From assembly GCA_963770045.1 (NCBI GenBank), contig CAVYOD010000029.1, forward strand, positions 69,487-133,486: a stretch of DNA of 64,000 bases, given 5' to 3'. Source of the stretch: Candidatus Aminicenantes bacterium (GTDB lineage: Bacteria; Acidobacteriota; Aminicenantia; Aminicenantales; CAVYOD01). The stretch's first letter is position 1; every line of letters starts with the position of its first letter. This document shows, in pieces, positions 8,667-20,962 of the stretch. The notes below the pieces were generated by a model. That model had not been told where the DNA came from and did not search any database. It saw only the letters and a program-made list of their open reading frames with translations. The translations under genes and the position numbers were made by a program.

Positions 8667-11600
8667 GAAAATCATCGAGTTTTCCGCCAAGAACAAGTAC
8701 ATCGTCATCCTTCTGGCCTTAGCCGCCATTGTCGCCGCCATCTACTGCATCAAGAACATCCCCCTGGACGCCATCCCCGACTTATCTGACACACAGGTCA
8801 TCATCTATTCCCGCTGGGACAGGAGCCCCGACATCATCGAAGACCAGGTCACCTATCCCATCACCACGGCAATGCTCGGCGCCCCGAAAGTCAAAGCCAT
8901 CCGCGGGTATTCGGATTTCGGTTTTTCCTATGTCTATGTGATTTTCAAGGACGGGACAGATATCTACTGGGCGCGGAGCCGGACGTTGGAATACCTGAGC
9001 AAGATTCTGCCCAGGCTGCCCGAGGGTGTCAAGACGGAAATCGGCCCGGACGCGACGTCCGTCGGCTGGGTTTATCAATACGCCCTCGTCGATAAGACTG
9101 GAAAGAACGACCTGGCCGAATTGCGCAGCTTCCAAGACTGGTACCTCCGCTATTGGCTCCAGGGAGTTCCGGGAGTGGCCGAGGTCGCCTCGATCGGAGG
9201 GTTCCAGAAGCAATACCAGGTTAACGTCAGCCCGACTGCGCTGGCTGCCTTCAAGATCCCCCTGATGAAGGTCGTCGAAGCGATCAGGGAGGGCAATAAC
9301 GACGTGGGCGGGCGCCTCGTCGAATTCACCGGGACCGAGTACATGGTCCGGGCGCGGGGCTACGCCAAATCCGTCGCCGACCTCGAGAACATCGTCATCG
9401 GCAATGACATGAAGGGGACGCCTGTCCTGGTCAAGAACGTGGCCAATGTCGCCCTCGGGCCGGAAATCCGCCGCGGGGTCGCGGATCTGGACGGCGAAGG
9501 CGATACGGTGGGAGGGATCGTCGTCATGAGGTTCGGGGAAAACGCCCTGAACGTGATCAATCGGGTCAAAGAGAAAATCAAAGACGTCCAACCGTCCCTC
9601 CCCAAGGGCGTGGAGATCGTGACCACCTATGACCGGTCCGAGCTGATCAAGCGGTCCATCGATACCCTGAAGCATCAGCTGATCGAGGAAATGATCATCG
9701 TCAGCTTTGTCATCCTCATATTTCTCTGGCATTTTCCCTCCGCGATTATCCCCATCCTGACGATTCCCATCTCGGTCTTTCTGGCCTTCATTCCTCTCTT
9801 CGGCATGAAGCTGACGTCCAATGTCATGTCCCTTTCCGGAATCGCGATTTCCATCGGCGTGCTCGTTGACGGAGCGATCGTCGAGGTCGAAAACGCTTAT
9901 AAGAAATTGCAGCTCTGGCTGGCCGGCGGCCGCAAAGGCGACTTTCACGAGGTCCGGCTGAACGCCCTCAAGGAAGTCGGGCCGTCCGTCTTTTTTTCCC
10001 TGCTGGTCATCGCCGTCGCTTTCCTGCCGGTGTTTACGCTTGTCGACCAGGAAGGCCGGCTGTTCAAGCCGCTGGCCTACAGCAAGAACCTGGCCATGGC
10101 CATCGCCGCGCTGCTCGCCATCACGCTGGACCCGGCCATGCGCATGTTGTTCACCCGGATGGACTACCATCATTACCGGCCGCGCTGGTTATCACAGATC
10201 ACAAATACGATCACGGTCGGGAAATATTATCCGGAAGAGAAGCATCCGATCAGCAAGATCCTGTTCAAGATCTATGAACCGGCCTGCCGTTTCGTTCTCA
10301 GATACCGTAAAGGCACCATCATCGCGGCTGTGCTATTGATGATCACGACGGTCCCCGCCTATTTGAAGCTGGGTTCGGAATTCATGCCGCCGCTCAACGA
10401 AGGGACAATCCTCTATATGCCGACAACCCTGCCGGGCATTTCCGTTACGGAAACGCAGCGTCTCCTCCAGACAATGGATAAGATCTTCAAGGAGACCCCG
10501 GAAGTCGCGCGGGTCTTCGGCAAGGCCGGCCGGGCCGAAACATCAACCGATCCGGCTCCGTTCTCGATGATGGAGACGACCGTCGTCTTGAAGCCGGAGA
10601 GCGAGTGGCGGAAGGTCAAGCGATGGTATTCGGGCTTGCCCGGGATCATGCAAAGGCCGTTCCGATTCATCTGGCGGGACCGGGTTTCCTGGGAAGAGAT
10701 CGTGAACGAGCTCGATCAGAAGATGAGGTTTCCCGGCGTCTCGAACGCCTGGACCATGCCCATCAAGGCGAGAATCGACATGCTGTCGACGGGAGTCCGA
10801 ACGCCCATCGGTATCAAGGTCTTCGGCGCGGATTTCAAAGAGATCGAAAATATCGGCCAGCGAGCTGGAGACGAGTCATGAAAGACATCCGGGGGACGCG
10901 GAGTATTTTCGCGGAGCGCGTGAGCGGCGGATATTTCGTCGATTTCTTCATCAAACGCAACGAGATCGCCCGCTACGGCCTTTCCGTCAAGGACGTCGAA
11001 ATGGTGATCATGTCGGCCATCGGCGGCGAGCCGGTGACCACGACGGTCGAAGGCCGGGAGCGCTATACGGTCAACGTGCGCTACGGCCGGGAATGGCGGG
11101 ACGATCTGGACAAGTTGCGGCGCGTCCTGGTGCCGACCATGGCCGGGGCCCAGATCCCCCTCGACGAGCTCGCGGACATCAAGCTCGCCTACGGCCCTTC
11201 CATGATCAAAGACGAAAACGGGATGATAACCGGCTATGTTTATGTCGATATCACAGGCCGCGATGTAGGAGGTTATGTCAACGAGGCCAAGAAAATCGTC
11301 CAGGAAAAAATTCACCTGCCCGCAGGATATTCCCTCCAGTGGAGCGGCCAGTATGAGAACATGCTCCGGGTCAAGGAACGGCTAAAAATCGTCATCCCCC
11401 TGACGATCTTCATCATCTTTCTCTTGCTGTTCATGAACACCAAATCGCCGGTCAAAGCGGGCATCGTCATGCTGGCCGTGCCGTTTTCTCTCGTCGGCGC
11501 GGTGTGGTTTCTGTTCATCCTCAAATTCAATGTTTCGATCGCCGTCTGGGTGGGCATGATTGCCCTGATGGGACTGGACGCGGAAACGGGCGTGTTTATG

Positions 11601-11963
11601 CTGCTTTTCCTCGACCTCTCCTATTATGACCAGGTCAGGCAGGGACGGATGAAAACATTCGACGACCTGAAGGAGGCGATTGTCCATGGCGCCGTGAAGC
11701 GCATCCGGCCAAAGATGATGACGGTAACGGCGATGTTCATGGGGCTCGTCCCGATCATGTGGTCGATGGGGACGGGCTCGGACATGATGAAAAGAATCGC
11801 CGCGCCCATGATCGGCGGCGTGTTCACGAGCTTCATCATGGAGCTCCTGGTTTATCCGCCCATCTACGCGATCTGGAAATGGCGCTATGAGATGAAACAG
11901 GGCACGGTTGATGTCAGCCGGCTCCCCATCCCGCAGCTTGGGAAGCATGGAATCCAAGACTGA
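8659..11963 (+). CDS. cusA: CusA/SilA-type heavy-metal efflux RND permease (frameshift ~10865)
   Basis: LDAIPDLSDTQVI, GPDATSVGWVYQY, GSEFMPPLNEG, RIDMLSTG, GAVKRIRPKMMT and KRIAAPMIGG motifs. Confidence 0.9.
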
Positions 11964-12073
11964 GGGACGTTCCCCAAGGGGACACCCTTGAGGCTTCCAG
12001 CTAACAATCACCGCCTGATTAGGAGGGAAGGTTAGATGGAAGTCTCAAGGGTGTCCCCTTGGGGAACGTCCCT
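11963..12073. repeat. Long inverted repeat between convergent genes (REPIN/MITE-like; possible bidirectional terminator)
   Basis: 30-bp perfect arms 11963-11992/12044-12073, extendable to 43 bp with 2 mismatches, 25-nt loop. Confidence 0.9.
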
Positions 12074-12078
12074 ATTTA

Positions 12079-13255
12079 CTATTTACTATAAAATTTATTG
12101 ATACAATCGACAACGTAGTCTTGCTGCTCTTGCCTTAGCTCGGGATAGACAGGGATCGCCAGGACCTCGCGGGCCGCTTTTTCTGCTTCCGGAAAATCAC
12201 CCTCCCTGTATCCGAGCCCGGCGAAGCACTTTTGCAGATGAAGCGGGAGCGGATAATAGACCGCCGTCCCGATGCCCTTTTCTTTGAGCCAGGCCTGGAG
12301 CTCGTCCCGGCGACTGACCCGCAGGACGTATTGATGATAGGTATGATAGTTCGTGGCGCCGCTCTGCTTATAAAGAGCCTCGGGTGTTTGGAGCAGCCCC
12401 TTTCGTGTCAGCCCGGTGTCCTCGAACATCCGGTCATAAGAGGCGGCTCTCCGCCTCCTCTCCTCCTGCCAGTGTTCCAGTCGCTTGAGCTTCACTCTGA
12501 GGACGGCGGCCTGGATGGCGTCAAGCCGAAAATTGCCGCCGACGGTCTCGTAAAAATATCTTTGTTTTTCCCCATGCGTGCGCAGGATTTTGACTTTTTG
12601 GGCCATGGCCTCGTCGTTGGTCAGCACCATGCCGGCGTCACCGAAGGCATTCAAGTTCTTGGAGGGATAGAAAGACAGGGTTCCCAGGTCGCCCATGGAT
12701 CCTGCTTTTTTGATCCCGTCGGGTAAGGGATAGTCGACGCCGATGGCCTGGGCCGCGTCCTCGATCGTCGCGAGATTGTGCTTCCTGGCCAGCGACAGGA
12801 TGGCCGTCATCCCGGCACACTGGCCGTAGAGGTGGACTGGCAGGATGGCTTTGACTCTCGGCAGATCGCCCTTTTTCCCGAGGGCGTCCAGCAGCTCCTC
12901 CAGTTTCTCGGGATCCAGGTTGAAGCTCCGGTCTTCGATGTCACAAAAAACGGGGCTAGCCCCCACTCTGACGATCGACCCGGCGGTGGCAAAGAATGTG
13001 AACGGAGTTGTGATGACCAAGTCGCCGCGGCCGACATCCAGAGCCATGAGCGAGATGATCAGAGCGTCAGAGCCTGAAGAGACACCCACGGCGAAACCGC
13101 GCCTGGCTGTAGGCCGCGACCTCTTTTTCCAGGGCCTCCACTTCCGGGCCGAGGACGAAAATCTGAGAATCGATGACTTCCAGGACCCGCTGGTTGATCT
13201 CGTCGCGGATGGACCCGTATTGTGCTTTTAAATCCAAGAGCGGTATGTTCATCAT
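12079..13255 (-). CDS. DegT/DnrJ/EryC1/StrS family PLP aminotransferase (frameshift ~13095)
   Basis: IPLLDLKAQY N-terminus; PVHLYGQ, EDAAQA, SFYPSKNL, NFRLDAIQAA and YYPLPLHLQ motifs. Confidence 0.92.
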
Positions 13256-13286
13256 GTCCTCTGTGCTTCGGATCTCGGCCTTCTCC

Positions 13287-13769
13287 TCAGCCGGACACTC
13301 TTCTGAGCTTCTTTTTTTCGATCAGCAGCTGTCCTTGGTAGGAGACATAGTTGAGCAGGATGAGCACCCGCTGCTTCTCGTCAATCTCCTTTTGGAAGAT
13401 GCCTCTCAGACCCTTGAGGGGACCTTCGACGACTTCAATTTCGTCGCCGGGATCGGGCTCGGCCCCGTACTTTTCGAGCTCGATGAGTCCGGCCACTTCC
13501 CGCGACCTGATTTCACTCAGGACTCGCTCCGGAACCGGGATCGGACCTTCGCGGTTGCCGACCACTCTCTTGACGCCGCGGGTATACTTGACCAGCTGAT
13601 ATTGCTGAGGGAAATCGAAATGGATGAATTGATAATTCGGGAAAAAGGGCCTGATCCTGTTTTCTTGGCGATATTTCGGGTTGTAGACCTCGATTCCTCC
13701 CTCCTGGAAAAGCCTCTCGACCTGGAACTCCTTCTTGGGCTTGGTGTTGAGCACGTACCAGTTCTTCAT
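13287..13769 (-). CDS. NusG paralog (RfaH/UpxY-like antitermination factor)
   Basis: WYVLNTKPKKE, PFFPNY, YTRGVKRVV and KOW motif GDEIEVVEGPLKGL; ATGA overlap with the upstream gene. Confidence 0.88.
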   Translation of the reverse strand: MKNWYVLNTKPKKEFQVERLFQEGGIEVYNPKYRQENRIRPFFPNYQFIHFDFPQQYQLVKYTRGVKRVVGNREGPIPVPERVLSEIRSREVAGLIELEKYGAEPDPGDEIEVVEGPLKGLRGIFQKEIDEKQRVLILLNYVSYQGQLLIEKKKLRRVSG

Positions 13770-14594
13770 CTCTTGAGCCAATTCCTGGAACGATAAAATT
13801 CAGGCCTGCGATCTTCGAAGAAATGCCGCTTGGCGGCCGAGGCGGCGATTTTCCCAAAGTCGCAATCGGCATAAAGTATGAAATCTTCGGCTTGCGGCGC
13901 GCGGGCGATCACCCGTCCGTCGGGGTCGGCGACAAAAGATTCTCCGGAGAAGTGCATCTCTCCCTCTCTCCCGACTCGATTGACCAGGGCGGCAAAATAG
14001 CCGTTGTGGAAAGCGGCGACCTGAACCTCAGCCTCGAAAATCCCTTCCGTCCATTCGCCCACGGCGCCCGCCTGGGGGATGACGACGATCTCGGCGCCGA
14101 GGAGGCCGAGCTGCCTGGTGTACTCCGGAAAATGGCGGTCGTAGCAGATGGCAATTCCGACTCGCCCGAACCGGGTTTGATAGACGAAGTTATGGAGATT
14201 TCCCGGCGTGTAAAACCCCCGTTCATGGAACTGTGGTCCTTCCATGATGTGGACCATGCGCGTCCGTCCCAGGAGCCGCCCGTCGGCATCGATGACCGGG
14301 GAACAATCGAAAGTTTTATCCCCGTCTCTCTCGAACAGGTTAAGGACGATAACAACTCCGTAGCGCTTGGCCAGGCCGGAGAATTTTTCGGTCATAGGAC
14401 CGGGAATGGTTTCCGCCTTGGCCGTGGCTTCGGGCGTCGCCGGGAACTGAGGCCAAAATGGCGTAAGAGCCAGCTCGGCAAAGGCGACCAGGTTCGCTCC
14501 CGCCCTGGCTGCCTGATGGACAGCGTCCATTCCCCGTCTGAGATTGTCCTCAAGGTTAGCGGTGGCGTGCTGCTGGACGAGGGCGATCTTTCAT
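13766..14594 (-). CDS. Carbon-nitrogen hydrolase (nitrilase superfamily amidase); 1-nt insertion just after ATG
   Basis: FAEL, R.VHI, FHE and AICYDRHFPE catalytic motifs; corrected start MKIALVQQH overlaps the pepP stop (ATGA). Confidence 0.85.
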
Positions 14595-15979
14595 CCCCGG
14601 ATCGCCTCCTCGACATCTAGGGGTTTCTTGGGGATGGGTTTGCCCAGGACCCTGTGTCCCGTCTCTGTGACCAGGACATCGTCCTCGATCCTGACTCCTC
14701 CAAAGTCCAGATATTTCGCCACCAGGTCATAGTTGATGAACTCCGGGAATTTCTTTTCTTTCCTCCATTGATCGATCAGGGCGGGGATAAAGTAAACCCC
14801 CGGCTCAACGGTGAAGACAAAACCCAGGCCGGAGCTCTTTGGCCAGACGAAGATAGGCCAATCCGAATTGCCCGCTTCTCTTGACCTTGTCATCATAGCC
14901 CACCTGGTTCTCCCCGAGATTCTCCATGTCGTGGACGTCCAGGCCCAGCATGTGCCCGAGGCCGTGAGGAAAGAAGAGGGCGTGCGCCCCTTCTGGACAG
15001 CTTCATCGACATCACCCCTCATCAGCCCAATGGCTTTGAGTCCGGAGGCGATGACTTTTGCGGTTTGGAGATGGACTTCGCGGTAGGATACGCCCGGCTT
15101 GACCGCCCTGATGGCCGATGCCTGGCCCTCAAGGACAGTCTCGTAGATCTCTTTTTGTTTCTGGGTAAACTTACCGGCCACCGGATACGTCCTGGTAATA
15201 TCAGAGGCATAATGCAGCGCCGATTCAGCGCCCGCATCGACCACCAGGAGTCTTCCCCTGGTGAGCTTGTTTCCGAAATACTGGTTGTGGAAGATCTGGC
15301 CGTTGATGGTAACGATCGGGGGGAAAGCCAGGTTTCCACCCGCGGCCAGGGCTATCCCTTCCTTTTTTCCGAGGATTTCTCGTTCGTAGGCACCCGGTTT
15401 AACCATCTGGGCGGCGGCCTTGTACATGTCGTAGGTGATGCGGAGGGCCTTTTCGATTTCCGATATCTCTTCGGGCGATTTGACCGACCTCTGGGCGACC
15501 ACGGCTCCGATAAGCTCCGCCGAAACCTTGGCCTTCGCCTCGGCGGCAGGAATTCCGAGCCAGGATTCTAATTTCAAGATCGTCTCCGGACGATAGGGTG
15601 GAAGGTAATGGACTGTTCTCTTCCCGGCGACGGCGGCGTTCAATTTTTCCCGAAGCTTTTCCAATGGGGCGGTCTGTTTTATACCCGCCGAGCCGGCTCT
15701 CTCCTTAAGCGTAGGAAGGAAACCGGTCCAGATAACGTCCTCGAGGCCGATATCTTCGCCGTAGACGGTGTCCTGGCCTTCATCCAGGTCTATGGCGGCC
15801 GCGAGCCCGGGCTGGTCCAGGCCGAAGAAATACAGGAAGCTGCTGTCCTGCCGGAAATGATAGGTGTTCGCCGGATAGTTCATCGGGCTCTCCTCATTCC
15901 CCAAAAAAAGGACCAGTCCCGACTTGATCTGCTTCCTTAGGAGATCTCGCCTTCGGGTATAAATTTCTGGCTCAAACAT
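14591..15979 (-). CDS. pepP: Xaa-Pro aminopeptidase (M24B); compensating frameshifts at ~14830-14990
   Basis: FRQDSSFLYFFG, DAGAE, YASDITRT, TVEPG and GGVRIEDD; HGLGHMLGLDVHD in a shifted frame. Confidence 0.9.
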   Translation of the reverse strand: MFEPEIYTRRRDLLRKQIKSGLVLFLGNEESPMNYPANTYHFRQDSSFLYFFGLDQPGLAAAIDLDEGQDTVYGEDIGLEDVIWTGFLPTLKERAGSAGIKQTAPLEKLREKLNAAVAGKRTVHYLPPYRPETILKLESWLGIPAAEAKAKVSAELIGAVVAQRSVKSPEEISEIEKALRITYDMYKAAAQMVKPGAYEREILGKKEGIALAAGGNLAFPPIVTINGQIFHNQYFGNKLTRGRLLVVDAGAESALHYASDITRTYPVAGKFTQKQKEIYETVLEGQASAIRAVKPGVSYREVHLQTAKVIASGLKAIGLMRGDVDEAVQKGRTPSSFLTASGTCWAWTSTTWRISGRTRWAMMTRSREAGNSDWPIFVWPKSSGLGFVFTVEPGVYFIPALIDQWRKEKKFPEFINYDLVAKYLDFGGVRIEDDVLVTETGHRVLGKPIPKKPLDVEEAIRG

Positions 15980-16048
15980 CTGCTTCTCCTTTTATTATCT
16001 TATTGCCCTTCATGATCGATATACCAGATATGGCCATCAAAATCAAAC

Positions 16049-18541
16049 TCAATCCCCGCCCCGGGCCAGGATGGAGCTGATGTCGAGGACGTAGACACTC
16101 CTTCCGTGCGTCCCGGCGACCAACTCATGTTCCCCAGGGTGGACCGCCAGATCATGGACAGGCGTTGTGGGAAGATTGTTGCAGAGGGAGAACCAGCTCT
16201 TGCCCCTGTCGAGCGAAACATAAACGCCGAGGTCTGTGCCGAGATACAGGATGTTTTTTTCCTCGGGGTCTTCGCGGATGACATTGATGGGCTCCGAAGG
16301 AAGGTTTGAGGCGATCGAAATCCAGCTTCGGCCGAAATCGGTTGAAAGGTATAGGTACTTGCCAAAGTCGTCCTCTCGGCTGCCCGTCAGGGAGACAAAG
16401 ACGGTCCTTTCTTCATGTTGAGAAGCGATGACCCGGCTGACCCATTTCGGAGGAAGGCCGGAGTTGATCTTCCTCCAGGTGATGCCGTCATCGGCGGTGT
16501 ATTGGACCAGGCCGTCGTCGGTGCCGACATAGATAAGACCCGGCTTCAAGGCTGATTCGGCGATTGTCGTGATTGTCCCGAAGGGGACGTCGCCCTGTTT
16601 CTCCGGGCCCGGGCTTGTGGTCAAGTCGGGGCTAATGCAATGCCAATGGTCTCCGCGGTCGGAGGATTTGAAGAGCTTGTTCGCTCCGAAATAGAGAACA
16701 AAAGGATTATGCTTAGAGATGAGGTACGGGGTCATCCAATTGCACCGCAGCGGGGCTTCTCCGAGCTTGACCTGGGGCATGATGTCCTTTGCCGACCCCT
16801 TAGGCAGGTCTCTGCGGACGACTCTTCCGAACTGAAACTCATAGTAGACCGTCTCCGGGTCGGCCGGGTCCGGGAAGACAAAAAACCCATCTCCTCCAGC
16901 CAATTGTCGCCAGGGGTCCTGAATGCCGGGTTGAGGGGTGAAATTGCTCGGCCCGAAGACTATGCCGTTATCCTGAAGACCGCCATAAATCTTGTAGGGC
17001 CTTCCCGCGTCGAGTGAGATCGAATAGAATTCGCCGATCGGCAAATTCTTGATTTGTTGCCAGGTCTTTCCCCTGTCGTAGGAGATATTCAATCCGCCGT
17101 CCGTTCCGAGGAGGAGCCTGTCCGGTTTCTTGGGATCAACCCAGAGGTCGTGGCAGTCGGGGTGGACGTTCCTGCCTCCCAGCGGTTTGAACGTCTGACC
17201 CCCGTTCGTTGACGAAAGCAGGCGGATTCCCAAGACATAGATCGACTGAGGATCGTCCGGGGAAATCCTGATGTCACCGAATGAGTAGCCATACGTGTCA
17301 AAAAAACCCTCGAGATAGTCTTCGTTGACCTTTCTCCAGCTCTCTCCCCTGTTATCGGAACGGTAGACTTCCCCGCCGATCACATTGGTGACGTGAAGCC
17401 TGCGGTCTAAATAAAGGTTAACGACATACTGAGCCAAAGCCCGAGGCGTTAATTCTCGATTTTTAACCCTCTCCCGGATAACATCGGCCGTGTATTCCCT
17501 GGGCACATGTGTCATGTCCAGGAACGAGGCCAATCTTTTCGGGTCGATGGCCAGGAACTCCCGGTCCGACATTTTTTCCAGACCCGAAATGGACAACTCC
17601 CGTTCGGTCGATTTTTGAACAGATTTTTCAGGCCGCGGCGCTTGATTGTCGAGAAGCGCGTAGATCGTGCTCGGATTTGTTTTGGCAACGGCCAGACCGA
17701 TCCGGCCGACGTGCGGCCCAACCGGAAAACCATTCGTCAATCTTTTCCAGGTCAGGCCTCCATCAGCAGTCCTATAGATTCCGCTCCCTTCACCGCTTTC
17801 GATATTCGTCCAGGCTTTTCTGTCTCGCTCCCAGGATGCGGCATAGAGGATTCTGGAGTCCTCGGGGTCTATCACCACGTCGACGACCCCCGTTCGCTCA
17901 TTCAGATAAAGGATTTTCTGCCAGTTTTTCCCCCATCGGTTGTCTTGAATAATCCCCTCTCCTGGTTGTAAGTATACTCGTGTCCAAGCGCGGCCACATA
18001 GAGGATGTCGGGATTATGAGGGTCGATGACAACCCTGGCGATGTGCTGCGTATCCTCGAGGCCCATGTTCTCCCAACTCTTTCCTCCGTCCGTGGACTTG
18101 AAGACGCCCGTTCCGGCATAAGAGCTGCGGGCCAACAGCTCTTCGCCGCTTCCCACCCAAAGAATCTCAGGCTTGGATTCCGAGACGGCGAGAGCGCCGA
18201 TGGCGAAGGTGGATTCGCGATCGAAGATGGGCTGCCAGGTCGTGCCGCTGTTGGCCGTTTTCCAGAGGTTCCCCGAGCCGGCCGCGACATAAAAGCCGTA
18301 CGGGTTGGCCGGGTCGGAGGCGATGGCCGAAATCCTTCCGCCCTGGAACGAGGGACCCACCGATCTCCAGGTGAGGTCTTTAAAAGGTGAGGCTGCCTTC
18401 AAGGCCAAGTGTTCCTGCCAGGACTTGAGCCTGGATTCAACCCGTTGCTCCTGATTCACCGGGCTTCCCTCTGCCAGGAGAGAAATCAGACCGAGAATAG
18501 CGACAGAAACTCACGCCCAAAATGGCTGTAAATCTTCTCAT
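16049..18541 (-). CDS. Secreted BNR/VPS10 (sortilin-like) beta-propeller protein, putative glycoside hydrolase (frameshifts ~17900, ~18500)
   Basis: WRSVGP..GGRI, multiple S.D.G.TW Asp boxes, GGLQDNG, GGDGF and GTHGRS. Confidence 0.8.
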
Positions 18542-18679
18542 GTGCATGTCGTGCTTCATTCCGGATTCCAGGAATACCAACTCTCCCCTGCCGGTGTCAA
18601 GTTGCTCTTCCAAATTGAAAAATCAACCCGCCTGAGTTAAAATCCGCAACGAGTCCCATGAAAGCGAGTCACGATCACC

Positions 18680-19672
18680 ATGAAAATCAAGGTATTCTCT
18701 GAAAAGGATATCCGCCGGGCCGTTCCCATGGAACGGGCCATCACCGTTCTCAAGGATGCCTTCATCCAGCTTTCGGCGGGGAAAGCCAACGTCCCCTTGC
18801 GATCCGCCATTCCCGTTTCGGCACACTCGGGTCAAACCTTGTTTATGCCTGCTTATCTTGAGGGCAGCGGAGCCCTCGGCGCGAAGATTGTCTCCGTTTT
18901 CCCGGACAACCGGAAGCGCGACCTTCCGATCATCCATGCCCTAGTCATTCTTGTCGACTCCAGCACAGGGGTGCCGCAGGCCCTCTTGGATGGAACCTAC
19001 CTGACCGCTCTCAGGACCGGCGCCGTCTCCGGCCTGGCCACGGAACTCCTGGCCCGCAAGAACGCCCGCACCGCGGCTATTTTCGGGGCGGGTGTCCAGG
19101 GAAGGACTCAACTGGAAGCTATCTGCCGGGTTCGACACATCGAAAAGGTTTGGGTCTTCGACCCCAACACCAAGGCCGCGGAGAATTTTGTTTCCGAGAT
19201 GAAATCCCTCGGTCAACCTATCCCGGAGGCAATTTTCACGGCACGCTCGTCTTCGCAGGCCATCGAGGAGGCGGACATCATCTGTGCCGCAACCACATCT
19301 TCAAAGCCGGTCTTTGCCGATTCTGATCTCAGACCCGGAACGCACATCAACGGCGTGGGCTCATTTACACCGGAAGCGCAGGAAATCCCGTCCGAAACGG
19401 TCATCCGTGCCAAAGTCATCGTCGACTCCCGTCAAGCCTCACTGGCCGAAGCCGGGGATTTGATGATTCCTCTACGGAAAGGATCGATCGGACCGGACCA
19501 CATTTATGCGGAGCTCGGGCAGATTGCCGCCGGCCAATTGCCGGGTCGGGAAACCAGGCAGGAAGTGACCTTCTTCAAATCCGTCGGTCTGGCCATTCAG
19601 GATATCGCCGTTGCAGCGCAGGTCCTCCAGGAAGCCGAGAAGTCCGGCTTGGGTACGGAAGTGGATTTTTAG
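18680..19672 (+). CDS. Ornithine cyclodeaminase/mu-crystallin family protein
   Basis: [21 protein letters not shown] and [10 protein letters not shown]; TTGAAA-17-TAAAAT at 18615-18643. Confidence 0.9.
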   Translation: MKIKVFSEKDIRRAVPMERAITVLKDAFIQLSAGKANVPLRSAIPVSAHSGQTLFMPAYLEGSGALGAKIVSVFPDNRKRDLPIIHALVILVDSSTGVPQALLDGTYLTALRTGAVSGLATELLARKNARTAAIFGAGVQGRTQLEAICRVRHIEKVWVFDPNTKAAENFVSEMKSLGQPIPEAIFTARSSSQAIEEADIICAATTSSKPVFADSDLRPGTHINGVGSFTPEAQEIPSETVIRAKVIVDSRQASLAEAGDLMIPLRKGSIGPDHIYAELGQIAAGQLPGRETRQEVTFFKSVGLAIQDIAVAAQVLQEAEKSGLGTEVDF

Positions 19673-19794
19673 AGACGCTCAGATCGTCGTCCTTTTTCTT
19701 CATTTCCTCCGTCACATCAATTGGTTTGAAAAGAAAACAGGATTGAAGAAGTTCTTTTATTTTGTTCTTGACGAGACAGACGGGACGACGTCTT

Positions 19795-20862
19795 TTATAG
19801 CCCGAAGCGAAGGCGAAGCGAAATCAGGGCGCCGAAGGTGTTGAGGTTGATGGCCGCCTTTTTGACCCCGCTGATGTCGCTTCCCTCGGGCGCGCTCTGC
19901 CAGATCCACATCGCCGGATAATTCTTGGCCAGTTGGTTGTCTTTGACGTTGTAGGTAAAGAGATTTCCGTGTTCGCTGGAGGATCCGGTCGAGGTCTGAT
20001 CATAATACCAGCCGAGCCGCTCCTGCCAGAGCTGGTCCCGGGTCGTCCAGGAGTCCGCATAGTCGCCGGCCCAATTGGAGAAATTCACCAGCCGGCCGAA
20101 CACCTCGAAGCCAAACGAGATGAAGGAGGTGAGGTTCATTTCGAGACCGAGGCCGCTCCTGAAGCCAATCCTGTTCTGCTTGCTCGTTTCTTTGGCCGCG
20201 CTGTTGAATTGATAGTTCTCTTTTTCGTTGTAGTAGTACCAGGAGTCGTCTTCATAAGCATAAGTGTATTCATTCTTGAAATCATGAGTCAGCTTGGCAA
20301 AGTAGTAGCCGACGCCGCCATAAAAATAGAGGTTGAATTTCTGGGAATAGCCGAGGGGCAGGGAATAATAAAGGTTGAGGGTTATGGGAATAGCCTGAAT
20401 CTTGTAGTTTTGAGCGAATTTATCGGTCTCCGTTTCGGTGAAGGTGCCCCACCAGGGGCTCTGGGTCGTGCTTCCCTGGATAGAATAATTGCCTTTGGAA
20501 GTCGCGCTGCAAAAGCCAGTGCCCACTCCGATTCCGAAGTGTCTGCCCAGGTTGAGGATGACCTCGGCGTTGAAGTCGGGGATGACCGAGAGTTTCTTCC
20601 AATCGAAGGCCGAGGAATAACCCGGATTCTGGCGATAATCACTGACATATTGCGCTCTCCCGGAGCGGAATCGTTCCAGGTCCCCGGCTCCGTTGAGGAG
20701 GTACCCCGCCCCGCCCGAGAGTTTCAGGCCGAGGTGCAGGCCGCGACTCGACTGCGCGCGATCTTCCTTCGCGCCTCTCGCCGAGCTAACAAAACAAAAA
20801 ATAAACATGGCCAGGGCCAAAAGGGTCGACCCATTCTTGAAAAGCCGTCTGGTGAGCGTCAT
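19795..20862 (-). CDS. Outer-membrane beta-barrel protein
   Basis: Signal peptide, amphipathic aromatic-rich beta strands (AIPITLNLYY, YGGVGYY), C-terminal LRLRFGL. Confidence 0.65.
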   Translation of the reverse strand: MTLTRRLFKNGSTLLALAMFIFCFVSSARGAKEDRAQSSRGLHLGLKLSGGAGYLLNGAGDLERFRSGRAQYVSDYRQNPGYSSAFDWKKLSVIPDFNAEVILNLGRHFGIGVGTGFCSATSKGNYSIQGSTTQSPWWGTFTETETDKFAQNYKIQAIPITLNLYYSLPLGYSQKFNLYFYGGVGYYFAKLTHDFKNEYTYAYEDDSWYYYNEKENYQFNSAAKETSKQNRIGFRSGLGLEMNLTSFISFGFEVFGRLVNFSNWAGDYADSWTTRDQLWQERLGWYYDQTSTGSSSEHGNLFTYNVKDNQLAKNYPAMWIWQSAPEGSDISGVKKAAINLNTFGALISLRLRFGL

Positions 20863-20962
20863 GGCTCCTCCTCAAAATAGCTTTCTATAATAATGAAGCC
20901 GCGAGGAATAAGTCAAGCGATGGTGGGCTAATCGATCAGGCGGGACTTCTGGCCTCAGGGTC

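Noticed and set aside
8782-10173. 463-aa minus-strand ORF (and similar ORFs opposite nuoL/M/N and the ABC genes)
   Set aside because: Shadow ORFs produced by codon bias of membrane-protein genes.
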